Positions 17,811-27,400 of a stretch of 64,000 nt of DNA are shown piece by piece (the stretch's first letter is position 1; each line of letters opens with the position of its first letter). The stretch covers positions 9,658 to 73,657 of the forward strand of contig JAJRTE010000133.1 in NCBI GenBank assembly GCA_024278455.1, in the 5' to 3' direction. Below the pieces are notes generated by a model. The model had not been told where the DNA came from. It searched no databases and saw nothing but the letters and a program-made list of their open reading frames with translations. This DNA is from Myxococcota bacterium. GTDB lineage: Bacteria > Myxococcota_A > UBA796 > JAJRTE01. Made by a program: the position numbers and the translations under genes.

Positions 17811-19589
17811 ATGAACGAGAAGAGAGGAGTTCGGTCGATATTGCGCGCACACCTGCCAATCATCGTAACCTTGTCCGCCTTCCTTGCCACGACGGCGGGG
17901 ATGAGCGAGCGGTCGCTCGTTGCCGCCGGGCAATCCACGGACGCGCCGGGGGCGCTCTCGAGCGCCGGGTCGGCTTCCGCGCCGCCGGCCGGGCACGATG
18001 AGGACTCGAGCACTCCGGCCCTGCTCGACATCGAAACGGTGCACTTGAGCAACGGGCTGACCGTCATCGTGGCGCCCCAACCGGGACGCCCATCGTTCTC
18101 TGCCACCATCCACTACAAAGTCGGCGCGAGCCGGGAGTGGCAAGGGCTCCTGGGAGCCACGGAACTGGTCGGAAAACTGCTCCTGGACGGCTCTCCGACG
18201 CTGGGAACCCGAAGCCCGCAACGCGAGAAGAGCCTTCTCTACCGGCTCGACCGGCTCGACGCCGAGATCCGCGCAAGATCCTCGGCAGATCATGCCGGTG
18301 CTTCGCCCTCGTTCTCCCCGACGCCGGACCTTGCCAGGCTCCTGGCAACCCGCGACCGGCTCATGACGGAACTCGAGCGGATCTCCAGTGCGGGGGTCTA
18401 CAGCCAGCTCTATCGCGACCGCGGCGCCAGCGGACCGACCGTCCATGTATCGCCCACGGAGGTCCAGGTTCGGGTGACCCTGCCGGCAAACCAGCTTTCC
18501 TACTTCTTCGCCGTCGAAGCCGCACGCATCTCGAGCTTCTCCACGCGCAATTTCTACCTCGAGCGGGAAGCGCTGGCGCGTTCGCGTGCCGAGTCATTCT
18601 CCGATCCCGGATTCCAGCTCATGCAAGGGCTCGTGGCCGAAGCGTTCCACGTCCACCCGTTCGGACGCTATCGCGCGGACCCGGATTCGATACGAGGTGT
18701 CGGCCGGGCCGAACTCGAGTACTATCATCGCCTCTACTTCAAGCCGTCCCAGACGATTGTCGCCATCGCGGGAGGTGTCACTGCGCAGGACGTGCGCAGG
18801 CTGAGCTGGCGATACCTGGGCGCTATTCCGTTTCGGGGCGGCCCTGCCGGACGCCTCGAGCCGGTCGAACCCCCTCAGCAGGGTGAGCGGCGGCTGTACG
18901 TGGGAGGAGCGGACCACGCCGAGGTGCTCCTCGCGTTCCACCTGGATGCAGCGGGTATCGGCCCGGGCGACCCCACCTTGCCCGTGCTGGTCGAACTCCT
19001 CCAGGACCCATGGCTCGGGACCTTCTCCCCCCTGTGGCTCGCCCAGCCAGCCGAGCGTGTTGCCGACCGGATCGTTGCGACCGAGTACCCGCCCTCCCCG
19101 CCCCTGGGAGCAGAGTATCCGAGCCTGCTCATCGTCGGGGCTCGAGCCGCCGGCTCGACGCAGGCAACGAGGCTCGAGGCCGCGCTACGCGAACGACTCG
19201 CCGCGCTTGCTGTCAGCGGTCCTGGCGAAGACGCCGTGGACGCGGCCCGAAAGCGTGCGAGAAGCGCCCTGGCCGAGTCCATGGCTCGCGCTTCCGTCCT
19301 GTCATCCCTGCTCGCTCGAGCCTGTGCCACGACGGGCCGGCCCGAGGCACTCCTGGGCCTGTATGAGGCCATCCCCGGCGTGAGCGCTTCCCGGCTGCTC
19401 GAAGTGGCGAAAACACTGTTTGCTCCCACCAACACGACCGTGGCGGTCATGGCCGGACAAGAGCGGCCGGGCGGCACCGATGGTGGCCCGGCGGTGCGGC
19501 CGGCACCTCGGCCGGATGGTTCGCCCCCCCCTGCCCGTGCCGGAGCCGGGGCGGAGGCGCACGCACCGGCCGGAGAGGGGGTCCAATGA
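17811..19589 (+). CDS. M16 (insulinase/pitrilysin)-like protein, apparently non-catalytic (no HxxEH)
   Basis: TVHLSNGLTVIVAPQPGRPSFSATIHYKVGASREWQGLLGATELVGKLLLDGSPTLG follows the M16 N-terminal domain layout, but the zinc motif is replaced by ATELV. Start chosen at the in-frame ATG (MNEKRG...). Signal/TM segment AHLPIIVTLSAFLATTAG. Confidence 0.5.
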   Translation: MNEKRGVRSILRAHLPIIVTLSAFLATTAGMSERSLVAAGQSTDAPGALSSAGSASAPPAGHDEDSSTPALLDIETVHLSNGLTVIVAPQPGRPSFSATIHYKVGASREWQGLLGATELVGKLLLDGSPTLGTRSPQREKSLLYRLDRLDAEIRARSSADHAGASPSFSPTPDLARLLATRDRLMTELERISSAGVYSQLYRDRGASGPTVHVSPTEVQVRVTLPANQLSYFFAVEAARISSFSTRNFYLEREALARSRAESFSDPGFQLMQGLVAEAFHVHPFGRYRADPDSIRGVGRAELEYYHRLYFKPSQTIVAIAGGVTAQDVRRLSWRYLGAIPFRGGPAGRLEPVEPPQQGERRLYVGGADHAEVLLAFHLDAAGIGPGDPTLPVLVELLQDPWLGTFSPLWLAQPAERVADRIVATEYPPSPPLGAEYPSLLIVGARAAGSTQATRLEAALRERLAALAVSGPGEDAVDAARKRARSALAESMARASVLSSLLARACATTGRPEALLGLYEAIPGVSASRLLEVAKTLFAPTNTTVAVMAGQERPGGTDGGPAVRPAPRPDGSPPPARAGAGAEAHAPAGEGVQ

Positions 19590-20992
19590 AAGCGCCAGGC
19601 TGGATCTGCTCGATGGCCGCATGCGTTCTCCTGCACGCCTTGTCTCCCGGCATCGCGCACGCCGGCCGGGCGCCTGGCCGGCCATGGCTCGTGCCCCCCG
19701 ACCCTACCCGCCTCACGTCCCCGGATCTCCGCACGATCGAGGTCGACGGCCTGGAGATCCGCTGGGTACAGGCCCCGGCGCCGTCTTTCGAAGCCCGCTT
19801 GCTCATGCCGATCCCGGACGATATGCCGGTGGCCGCGTCGTTGCTCCAGTCGGTCCTTTTCCGGACTGAGGGCACGTCCGCTTGCCCAGGCGCTGAATGG
19901 CCAGTGTGCCTCGCCCGGGAGGGCGTTGCGTTCGATGCCGCGGTGGACGCCGACTTTCTGACCTTGACGGTGCGGAGCGACGCGGAGCAGGCCCGGGAAG
20001 CCCTGGCACTGCTGGGAGAACTCGTCGTCCACCCGCGCATCACCGAACAGGGACTGAGTCGAGCCCGGCTAACGCTTCGCGAATGGGTCGCCAGCCGTCT
20101 CAACGATCCCCTTGCCGTCGCGACGGACAGGTTGTTCCGACAGCTCTTCGGCGCCCATCCCTACGCATCCCAGATCGAATACGCCGCGATCGCCAGCATA
20201 TCCTTCGAGGACATGAGCCATTGGCGCCGCATCACAGCTTGTCCGGATCGGAGCTTGCTCGTGACCGCAGCGCCCGTTGGGGAGGACACCCTGCGGGCGT
20301 GGGTGGCCTCGAGCTTCTCCGGGTGGCAGTCATGCACCGATGACGAAGCCACCGACACGCCGCGCGGCCTGGTGACCCCAGTGCCCGATGCCACGGGCGT
20401 GCGCCTCGAAGCCCACCTTGCCGGTGACAGGACCGCGGTGGCCGTTGGCCGCGCGCTGGACGTGAGCGACTGCGAGCAAGTTGCTGTGGCTGGTGTGGTG
20501 GCACAGCTTGTGTCACAGCGTCTCCGGAATGTGGCCCCGGCGGACGCCGATGTCGGCGCGGAAGCAAGGGTGTATCGCGCCGGCGGCGCCTGGTGGGCAT
20601 GGGCCGGAGCGTCCAGCGCCGACGATACCGATAGCCTGTGGGAAGCGACGGCTCGAATCAGGCGTGGTGAGGTAACACGTCGCGAGATCAACGAGGCCGT
20701 GCGAGCGGAAATCGCGGTCACTCTCGAAGCCGCCGACAGCCTGGCCGTGCTGGCGGCGCTCGAGGCGAGGTCCGCCCGGTCATCGACCTGCGCCGCTGGG
20801 CCGTCGAGCTACCTGGCCTGGCTGCAAAAGGTCTCGCCTGGCCGGATTGCGGTGCTCGCCCAGAAGCTGTTGGACCTCGAGACACTCGTGGTGGTGAGCT
20901 GTGGGCCGCAATCCGGGATGCCGGGTGACACCGGGACAGCAGTGGGACTGGACGATACGCCTGAGCCCGGGGCTCCCCCCCCCCACCCGTGA
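19586..20992 (+). CDS. Second M16-like protein (non-catalytic partner), secreted
   Basis: 4-nt overlap with the upstream gene (operon). Signal peptide MKAPGWICSMAACVLLHALSPGIAHA. M16-like layout (LEIRWVQAPAPSFEARLLMP...) without HxxEH. Confidence 0.45.
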   Translation: MKAPGWICSMAACVLLHALSPGIAHAGRAPGRPWLVPPDPTRLTSPDLRTIEVDGLEIRWVQAPAPSFEARLLMPIPDDMPVAASLLQSVLFRTEGTSACPGAEWPVCLAREGVAFDAAVDADFLTLTVRSDAEQAREALALLGELVVHPRITEQGLSRARLTLREWVASRLNDPLAVATDRLFRQLFGAHPYASQIEYAAIASISFEDMSHWRRITACPDRSLLVTAAPVGEDTLRAWVASSFSGWQSCTDDEATDTPRGLVTPVPDATGVRLEAHLAGDRTAVAVGRALDVSDCEQVAVAGVVAQLVSQRLRNVAPADADVGAEARVYRAGGAWWAWAGASSADDTDSLWEATARIRRGEVTRREINEAVRAEIAVTLEAADSLAVLAALEARSARSSTCAAGPSSYLAWLQKVSPGRIAVLAQKLLDLETLVVVSCGPQSGMPGDTGTAVGLDDTPEPGAPPPHP

Positions 20993-21049
20993 TCGGCTCG
21001 ATGCGCACCGAGCAGACCAGCGCTATCCTCCGACGCGGCGGGTCGTCGT

Positions 21050-22579
21050 TCACCTTTCGATCGTGTCTCCGGGCGTGAGGTCCCGGCCCGCGAGGCCTGG
21101 GTAGTCCGGGGAATAGCGTCTCGCCTTGAACACCGCGTTCATCATCTGCCCCTGGGCCGTACCCTCTGGCGCTTCGGGGACTTCCTGCCCCTGGGCGAGA
21201 GGTCCGGTATCGATCACCGGGTTTACGTACTTCCACACCATGTCGCTGTCCTCGGTCACCTCGAACAGGATGCCTGCCGGGCCCTGGCACACCAGGGTGT
21301 CGCCGTTGGGCTGGCGCTGCGCCCCGGAGATGTTTGCCGCGTAGAAATCCTCCGGCGGGTCGGCGACATAACGCCATACCGGCGCCTCCGGGCCATAGGC
21401 CGTACCCGGCGTGTAGGCGTAGGTGCCGTCCTCCTGGATCGGCGGCACGATCTCGTCGACGGTGGAGTATTCCCCATCGGGCCGGTCCGCACCGTTGTTG
21501 AACACGAGGATGTGTCCGGCGCCAGGAAGACCTTCGGAGATCCACTGTGCGTCATGCTGGTAGAAAAGTTGCTGGTCCGAGGCGTCGCCGGCCCGGTACG
21601 TCCGCGGGTTGCCCCAGCGATAGAGAAGGTCGCCGCCACGGCCGTATCTTCCCCCCTCGTGCCCCCTGGCCTGTTCCACGGTGGTGGAATGATCGATGAT
21701 CCAGAATTCGCTGAACACGCGCGAGCTGATGATGATCTGGTCGAGTTCCGGGTTGTAGTCGATCCCGTTGCAATGGTTCCAGTCCTCGGCACCCCCGTGA
21801 AGCGTGTAGTTGATGTCTATCAACTCCGGATGGTCTCCGACCACGCCATAGTTGTCCTTGGTCTCGTCGTAATCCTGGACCAGGTGGTCCCACACGTGCC
21901 AGTGCCACACGACCTGGCCCCCGTCCTCCCCCTGAGGGGCAATCTCGATCACGTGGTCCGGCCACAGCCCCGAGTTCGTGACCAGGTCGGGCCGGCGGCC
22001 GGCGGCGAGCGCCTCTTCCTGGGTCTTGTATTCCCACACCAGGGCCAGGACGTTGCCGTTGGGCATGGGCGCCACATCGTGGTGGGAAAAGAACATGTCG
22101 CTAGAAATAGTGAACTCCCAGTTCATGGTACCGTCCCAGTCGAACCGCTCGATACGGCCGGCAGAACCGCCGCCGTGGAAACGAGGGTTCACGCCGTCGC
22201 CCACGTAGGCCGGTCTGAGGAGTTCACCGGTCTCGAGGAGATAGGCCGACTGACCCGGAGTGAAGTTGCTGGCCCATGAACGAATGATCCTTCCGTCGTT
22301 GTCGATCAAGTAGGTTTCGGTGTACCGAAGCGGCGGAAACAGGGTATAGCCCTCGTATGCGCCACCTTCGTTGAGCAGCACCCCGATGGTGTTCTGTTCG
22401 GACACTGGCGTTGCTGTCGCCCCGATTGCAGCCGGGGTGGGCGTGGCGGTACCGGGTGATGTGGCGTCGTCATCGCCGGGTACCGTGGCGTCGTCATCGT
22501 CGCCTTCGTCGCCGCAATCGGCGGCGACGGCCAGGCAGGCGACGAGCACCAGGGGGAGGGTCTTGGGCCAGTCTTTCAC
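21050..22579 (-). CDS. Arylsulfotransferase (ASST) family-like lipoprotein
   Basis: GTG start after GGAGG. Lipobox LVLVACLAVAADCGDEG plus acidic linker. FFSHHDVAPMPNGNVLAL, FWIIDHS and beta-propeller-like repeats typical of the ASST family. Confidence 0.55.
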   Translation of the reverse strand: MKDWPKTLPLVLVACLAVAADCGDEGDDDDATVPGDDDATSPGTATPTPAAIGATATPVSEQNTIGVLLNEGGAYEGYTLFPPLRYTETYLIDNDGRIIRSWASNFTPGQSAYLLETGELLRPAYVGDGVNPRFHGGGSAGRIERFDWDGTMNWEFTISSDMFFSHHDVAPMPNGNVLALVWEYKTQEEALAAGRRPDLVTNSGLWPDHVIEIAPQGEDGGQVVWHWHVWDHLVQDYDETKDNYGVVGDHPELIDINYTLHGGAEDWNHCNGIDYNPELDQIIISSRVFSEFWIIDHSTTVEQARGHEGGRYGRGGDLLYRWGNPRTYRAGDASDQQLFYQHDAQWISEGLPGAGHILVFNNGADRPDGEYSTVDEIVPPIQEDGTYAYTPGTAYGPEAPVWRYVADPPEDFYAANISGAQRQPNGDTLVCQGPAGILFEVTEDSDMVWKYVNPVIDTGPLAQGQEVPEAPEGTAQGQMMNAVFKARRYSPDYPGLAGRDLTPGDTIER

Positions 22580-22887
22580 GTCGAAACCTCCTTCGAAGCA
22601 GGGTTGGCTTCCAACCGCGCGGGTCTTGAGGGACAAGGAACCACCCCGGCAACATACCACGATTTTCGGAATGGTTCTGCCAGAAGATGCTGAAGGTGTG
22701 GTGCGGGCCGGGGTACCCCGAACTCCGGGGTGCCCCGTGGGCCGCGCCTCGTTTGTTGGCCGGGGCGATGCGGCGGCGGCAGGCGGGGTTTTCCCGAAGT
22801 CACGGAGGGCGGAACCGTTCGCGGGGACGGCCGATTTGCCGTACCGGGGATTCCAGGCTACCATAACCCGGGTCGCAACATGGCCGT

Positions 22888-23220
22888 GTGGAGCCCCTGC
22901 CGCGAACAGGTCACCGGAGAGCAACCGTTGTGGAGAAACAGATCCTGTACCACTCGCCCGATCCTGCCAACTTCCGACGACTCATGTCGCTTTTTTCCCG
23001 CGCCGAGGGCGTGGCTGCGCGGGAGGGGGTCGAGCGGAGTCTTTGCTTCCTGGAGACCATGGATCGTGAGCCGAACGTAGAGGCTCGCTACGACTTCAAC
23101 CTCCTTTACGCCTTCTTCCCCGGCGGGCAGGTCGCGATCAAGACCCCGGCGCTCTGGTGGCAACGGCCGTTCCCGGGCGAAATCGACACCGAGGCCGTCC
23201 GGCAGCCGGGGTGGGCTTGA
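22888..23220 (+). CDS. Hypothetical small protein (110 aa) upstream of the deoxyhypusine synthase-like gene
   Basis: Non-biased composition (VVEKQILYHSPDPANFRRLMSLFSRAEGVAAREG...NLLYAFFPGGQVAIKTPALWW), unlike surrounding GC-artifact ORFs. No known family. Confidence 0.3.
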   Translation: MEPLPRTGHRRATVVEKQILYHSPDPANFRRLMSLFSRAEGVAAREGVERSLCFLETMDREPNVEARYDFNLLYAFFPGGQVAIKTPALWWQRPFPGEIDTEAVRQPGWA

Positions 23221-23279
23221 CACCAAATCCTGAAAGCTGCCATCCGGAACCACGTTCCAGGAAGGGAAGGGAGGACACA

Positions 23280-24434
23280 TTGAAAGATCACGCACCGAGT
23301 GGCGCCGGGACCCGTCAGACCACGGCCGCCTTCCACCGGGAAATGCACGACGGCGCCACGGACGGGCTCACGCCGCTCGAGTCACTCGACATCGACAAGA
23401 TCCGGGATTTCGATCAACTCCTCGAAGCCATGGCCCTCACCGCCTTCGGAGGCCGGAACGTCGGTGAAGCCGCGGAAGTCCTCGAGGCCATGGTCACCGA
23501 CCCGGAGTGCTCGGTCGTGCTCACCCTCTCCGGGGCCATGACGGTCGCCAAGATGGGCCTCGTCATCACGGAGATGATCGAGAGGGGCTGGGTCCAGGTC
23601 ATCGTCTCCACCGGCGCCCTGATGACCCATGGGCTCGTGGAGCTGGCCGGCATGGAACACTACAAGGCCCGCGCCGGCGCTCGAGACGACGAGTTGTTCC
23701 GCTTGGGCTACAACCGGGTCTACGACACTTACGAAATGGAGAAGAATCTCAACGCGCTCGAGCGGCTTCTCGAGGAGGTGTTCCGCACCCTGCCTCGAGA
23801 CCGGCGGTTCGGTAGCAGCGACATCTGCGCGGCCATCGGCCGGTACCTCGACAGGCCCGGCGTGCGAGGCGTCATGGCAGCGGCCCATCGCCGCCAGGTG
23901 CCCATCTACATCCCCGCCTTCACCGACAGCGAACTGGGCCTGGACCTGGCAACGTTCCTGCTCAGGCAGGACATGGCCCGCTCGGGAAGCAGTATCGACG
24001 AGGCACTCAACGTGCTCGAGTCCGCGTTCGACCCGTTCAAGGACCTTGGGCGGTACGCCCGGTTCGTCTCGCGGAGTCCGAGGCTGGGGATCTTCACCAT
24101 CGGGGGCGGGGTTCCCAGGAACTGGGCGCAACAGGGTCCCCCCTTCCTGGACGTGCTCACCACGGCCACGAGCAAGCATGTGCGCCTGAACCGGTTCCGG
24201 TACGGGGTGCGTATCTACCCGGAACCGGTCCACTGGGGAGGGCTGAGCGGGTGTACCTACTCCGAAGGGGTGAGCTGGGGCAAATTCCTCCCTCCCGCAG
24301 AGGGCGGAAGGTACGCGGAAGTCTACGCCGACGCCACCATCGCCTGGCCCATGCTCATCAAGGGCGTCGCCCAGCGACTGGAAAAGAAAGGGAAACCTGC
24401 ACGGCACCCCGACATCGAGAGCCGCGAAAACTAG
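23280..24434 (+). CDS. Deoxyhypusine synthase (DHS) family protein; start uncertain (TTG 23280 after GGGAGG, or ATG 23343)
   Basis: VVLTLSGAMTVAKMGLVITEMIERGWVQVIVSTGALMTHG and QVPIYIPAFTDSELGLDLATFL match DHS core motifs (L..S.....G.R.....L...VDVLVTTAG; NIPVF.PA.TDGS.G). Confidence 0.7.
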   Translation: MKDHAPSGAGTRQTTAAFHREMHDGATDGLTPLESLDIDKIRDFDQLLEAMALTAFGGRNVGEAAEVLEAMVTDPECSVVLTLSGAMTVAKMGLVITEMIERGWVQVIVSTGALMTHGLVELAGMEHYKARAGARDDELFRLGYNRVYDTYEMEKNLNALERLLEEVFRTLPRDRRFGSSDICAAIGRYLDRPGVRGVMAAAHRRQVPIYIPAFTDSELGLDLATFLLRQDMARSGSSIDEALNVLESAFDPFKDLGRYARFVSRSPRLGIFTIGGGVPRNWAQQGPPFLDVLTTATSKHVRLNRFRYGVRIYPEPVHWGGLSGCTYSEGVSWGKFLPPAEGGRYAEVYADATIAWPMLIKGVAQRLEKKGKPARHPDIESREN

Positions 24435-24470
24435 CACCTGCCCCGAACAGCGATCGAAGCCGCCTCGCGC

Positions 24471-27400
24471 CTACTTGTTGCGCATGGCTTCCAGCTTGGC
24501 GCTCAACTCCGGCGACGTGGCGTGGATGGCGGCGCTCATCGTGTACCGCAACTCCTCCATCTCCCGCGCGATGTTGGCGAGCTGCGCCGCGGAATCCGTC
24601 GGGGAGACAGCACGCTCGAGCGCAACCACGGCCCGGTCCAGCCGCTCCGTGATACGATCCAGCCGGCTCACGAACGCTGGCCCGATACCGTCCCCCAGCC
24701 CCTTCCGGATGCCATAGGCCTGGTGCGCCAGCGCCACGAGTGGCCTGTACAAGAGCTTGGGAGCTTCCTCGCGAATCTGCTTCACCTCCATGGCAAGGCT
24801 CTCCAGCCGCCCGCCGAGTTCCTGGGCGGACCCATCAGCGGCCAGTTGCCGCCGGAGCGCATCGATCTGCTCTCCCACGTGGCGAACCTGTACCGCAAGC
24901 ACCCTGTCCACCGCCTCGACGGTGGCCGCGCTCGACCCCTCGATCTGCTGCGCCAACGCCTTGAGCGGCCCGCTCAGATCCTGGTCGACCGACGCGCGGA
25001 TCTCCTTGCCCGCCCTGGCCAACTGCTCCACGAGCGCGGCGAGCGGCCGTGCCAGGTCTTGGGCCAACGACGCCTGGACCCCTTCCCTGGACTGGGCCAG
25101 TTGCTGCTCGATGCCTGCCAGCGACTGCGACACCTCGCCCGATACGGCACGCGCCATCCCCTCCCGCGCAAGGTGCACCTGCTCGACCAGTGCCCCGAGC
25201 GTCTGCCCAAGGTGCTCCGATACGCCCGATTGCACGTCGGACCGGGCCGCCTCGACCTGCCCGACCAGGGCCGCGAGAGGGGCTCCAAGACCATCCGCCA
25301 ACGCGGATTCCAGTCCCCCCTGCGCTCGAGATACCCGCTCCACCAGGGCGGCCAGGGGCGCGTGAATCGCCTCGTTCACCGAAGCCTCGAGGCCGGCATG
25401 GGTCCTGCCCAGCTCCTCGACAAGCTGGTCCAACCTCGCCGCCAGGGTGTCCACCACCGACGCACCAGTGTCGCCGACGCCCGAGACTACCCGCTCCCCC
25501 AGTGCAGCGAGCGGCATGCCGACCTCGGCATGGACGGCCTTGGACCAGTCGGCCGACGCCGCCTCTAGCTGCTCGGCCAGCGCGCTCAACGGCCCGCGCA
25601 CGTCCTCGCTCACCGCCGCCTTCACGCCCGCACGGGCCGCCTCTAGCTGCTCGGCCAGCGCGCTCAACGGCCCGCGCACGTCCTCGCTCACCGCCGCCTT
25701 CACACCCGCACGGGCCGCTTCTAGCTGCTCGACGAGAGAGGTGAGAGGCTTGTGGAGATCGTTGGCGATCGATGCGTCGATGCCCTGACCCACCTCACCA
25801 ATCTGGTGGACGAGAGCGTCGACGCGGGCGACGAGTTCGTGGCGCACCGGGTCGTCGATGCTGGATCTTACGTCTCTCACCTCCTGGACCAGTGCACCAA
25901 GGGGTGAAAGGAGCCGGGTGACGGGGTCATCCTCCTTGCCACCCATCATCTGGAGCCGGCCGTAGGATTTCTTGATCTCGTTCCACCTTTCGGCCTGGGT
26001 CTGGGTGAGTGTTCCGCGGAGTTCGGCGAACTTGAGGAGGTTCTGTTCGGCGCCGGAGGTGAGCGTCTGTGCCTCGCCGACGTAGTGATCCTCGATCACG
26101 GCCTCCAGTTCCTCGTCGTTCATGACCGGAACGATCTTTTCGGCGATCTTGTTCATGTTCCGGTAGCTTCCCTGGAGCTTGAACGGTGGCTCGGTACGGT
26201 ACTCCTCGGCCTGGGAAGCGCTGGCGATGTACTGGCGATTGACCTCGAGGACGGTCTTCTGCACAACGAAGAGCTTTTGCAAGACCGAGAGGATCTCGTC
26301 CAGTTCAGCCTGGGTGTAGTCGTGGGCCAGGTCGGTCCTGGCGATCTCCCGTCCTCGCGCCATGTCTATCAGGAGGTAGATGTCCTTGGGGTCGCGTGAG
26401 GCCAGCGGGGCGAGCACGGGGTTGGAGGTAAGAGCGTTCTCGACGTAGCTCAGCTCGAACACGGCCTCCTTGCCCTGGAGGATGTCGCCGAGGTTGTAGG
26501 TATCGGCCCGGTTGGCCAGCATGTCGGGGATCTGGAACTTTTCGCCCGACTCGGTGTAGGGATTGCCGGCCATGACCACGCAAAAACGCTTACCCCGGAG
26601 ATCGTGGGTGCGCGTTCTCCCCCGCCAGACGCCCTCGATCTTGCGCTGGGCGTCGCACAGCGAAATGAACTTCTGGAGGAACTCTGGATTGGTATGCTGG
26701 ATGTCATCGACATAGAGCATCACGTTGTTGCCCATCTCCAGCGCGAGATTGAGCTTTTCGACTTCCTGCCGTGCAGTCGCGTTGGGCGCCTCGCCCGGGT
26801 CGATGGAGGTGACCGCGTGCCCCATGGCGGGACCGTTTATCTTCATGAAGATGAGGCCAAGGCGGTTGGCGACGTACTCCATCAGGGTGGTCTTGCCATA
26901 CCCCGGGGGAGAGATGAGCAGGAGCATGCCCATCAGGTCGGTACGCTTGCCTGCGCCGAGCGCGCCCATCTGCTTGGCCAGGTTGTCGCCGATGAGCGGG
27001 AGGTAGACCTCGTCGATGAGCCGGTTGCGCACGAACGAGGTGAGGACTCGGGGCCGGAACTCGTCGAGACGAAGGGCGGTCCTCTCCCGCTCGATGATCC
27101 GCTGCCGGAGCTTCCTGTAGGCACGAAAACGAGGTACGACCTCCTGGACGTAGTCTCCCAGGCGCGTAAGGAACTCGTCGAGCCGCAAGGTCATGCGCCC
27201 CTTGCGTATGCGGCCGTGCTGGCCGAGCAGCCCCGTGACGACCGTGGTCCCGGCCGCGTTCGAGGGGGCACGCTCGATGCGGGTGTCGGTGAGCAGCCAG
27301 GCGGCGGTCTCGGGTGCGGCAGGAGCCAGGGCGCGCGTCTCCTCGTCCTCGGCGGCCTCGAGAACGGCGTCGATCCACGCGATGGCCAGATGGTAGCGCC

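Noticed and set aside
17811-20992. Calling the M16-like pair active zinc peptidases (PqqL/PqqF-like)
   Set aside because: I could not find HxxEH in either protein, so only a non-catalytic M16-like call is supportable.
25300-25900. Possible CRISPR-like periodic repeats
   Set aside because: The periodicity is in-frame coding repeats, 78 nt = 26 aa, within a long ORF. There are no spacer-like unique segments, no leader, and no cas genes. The same applies to the 24-nt and 21-nt arrays.
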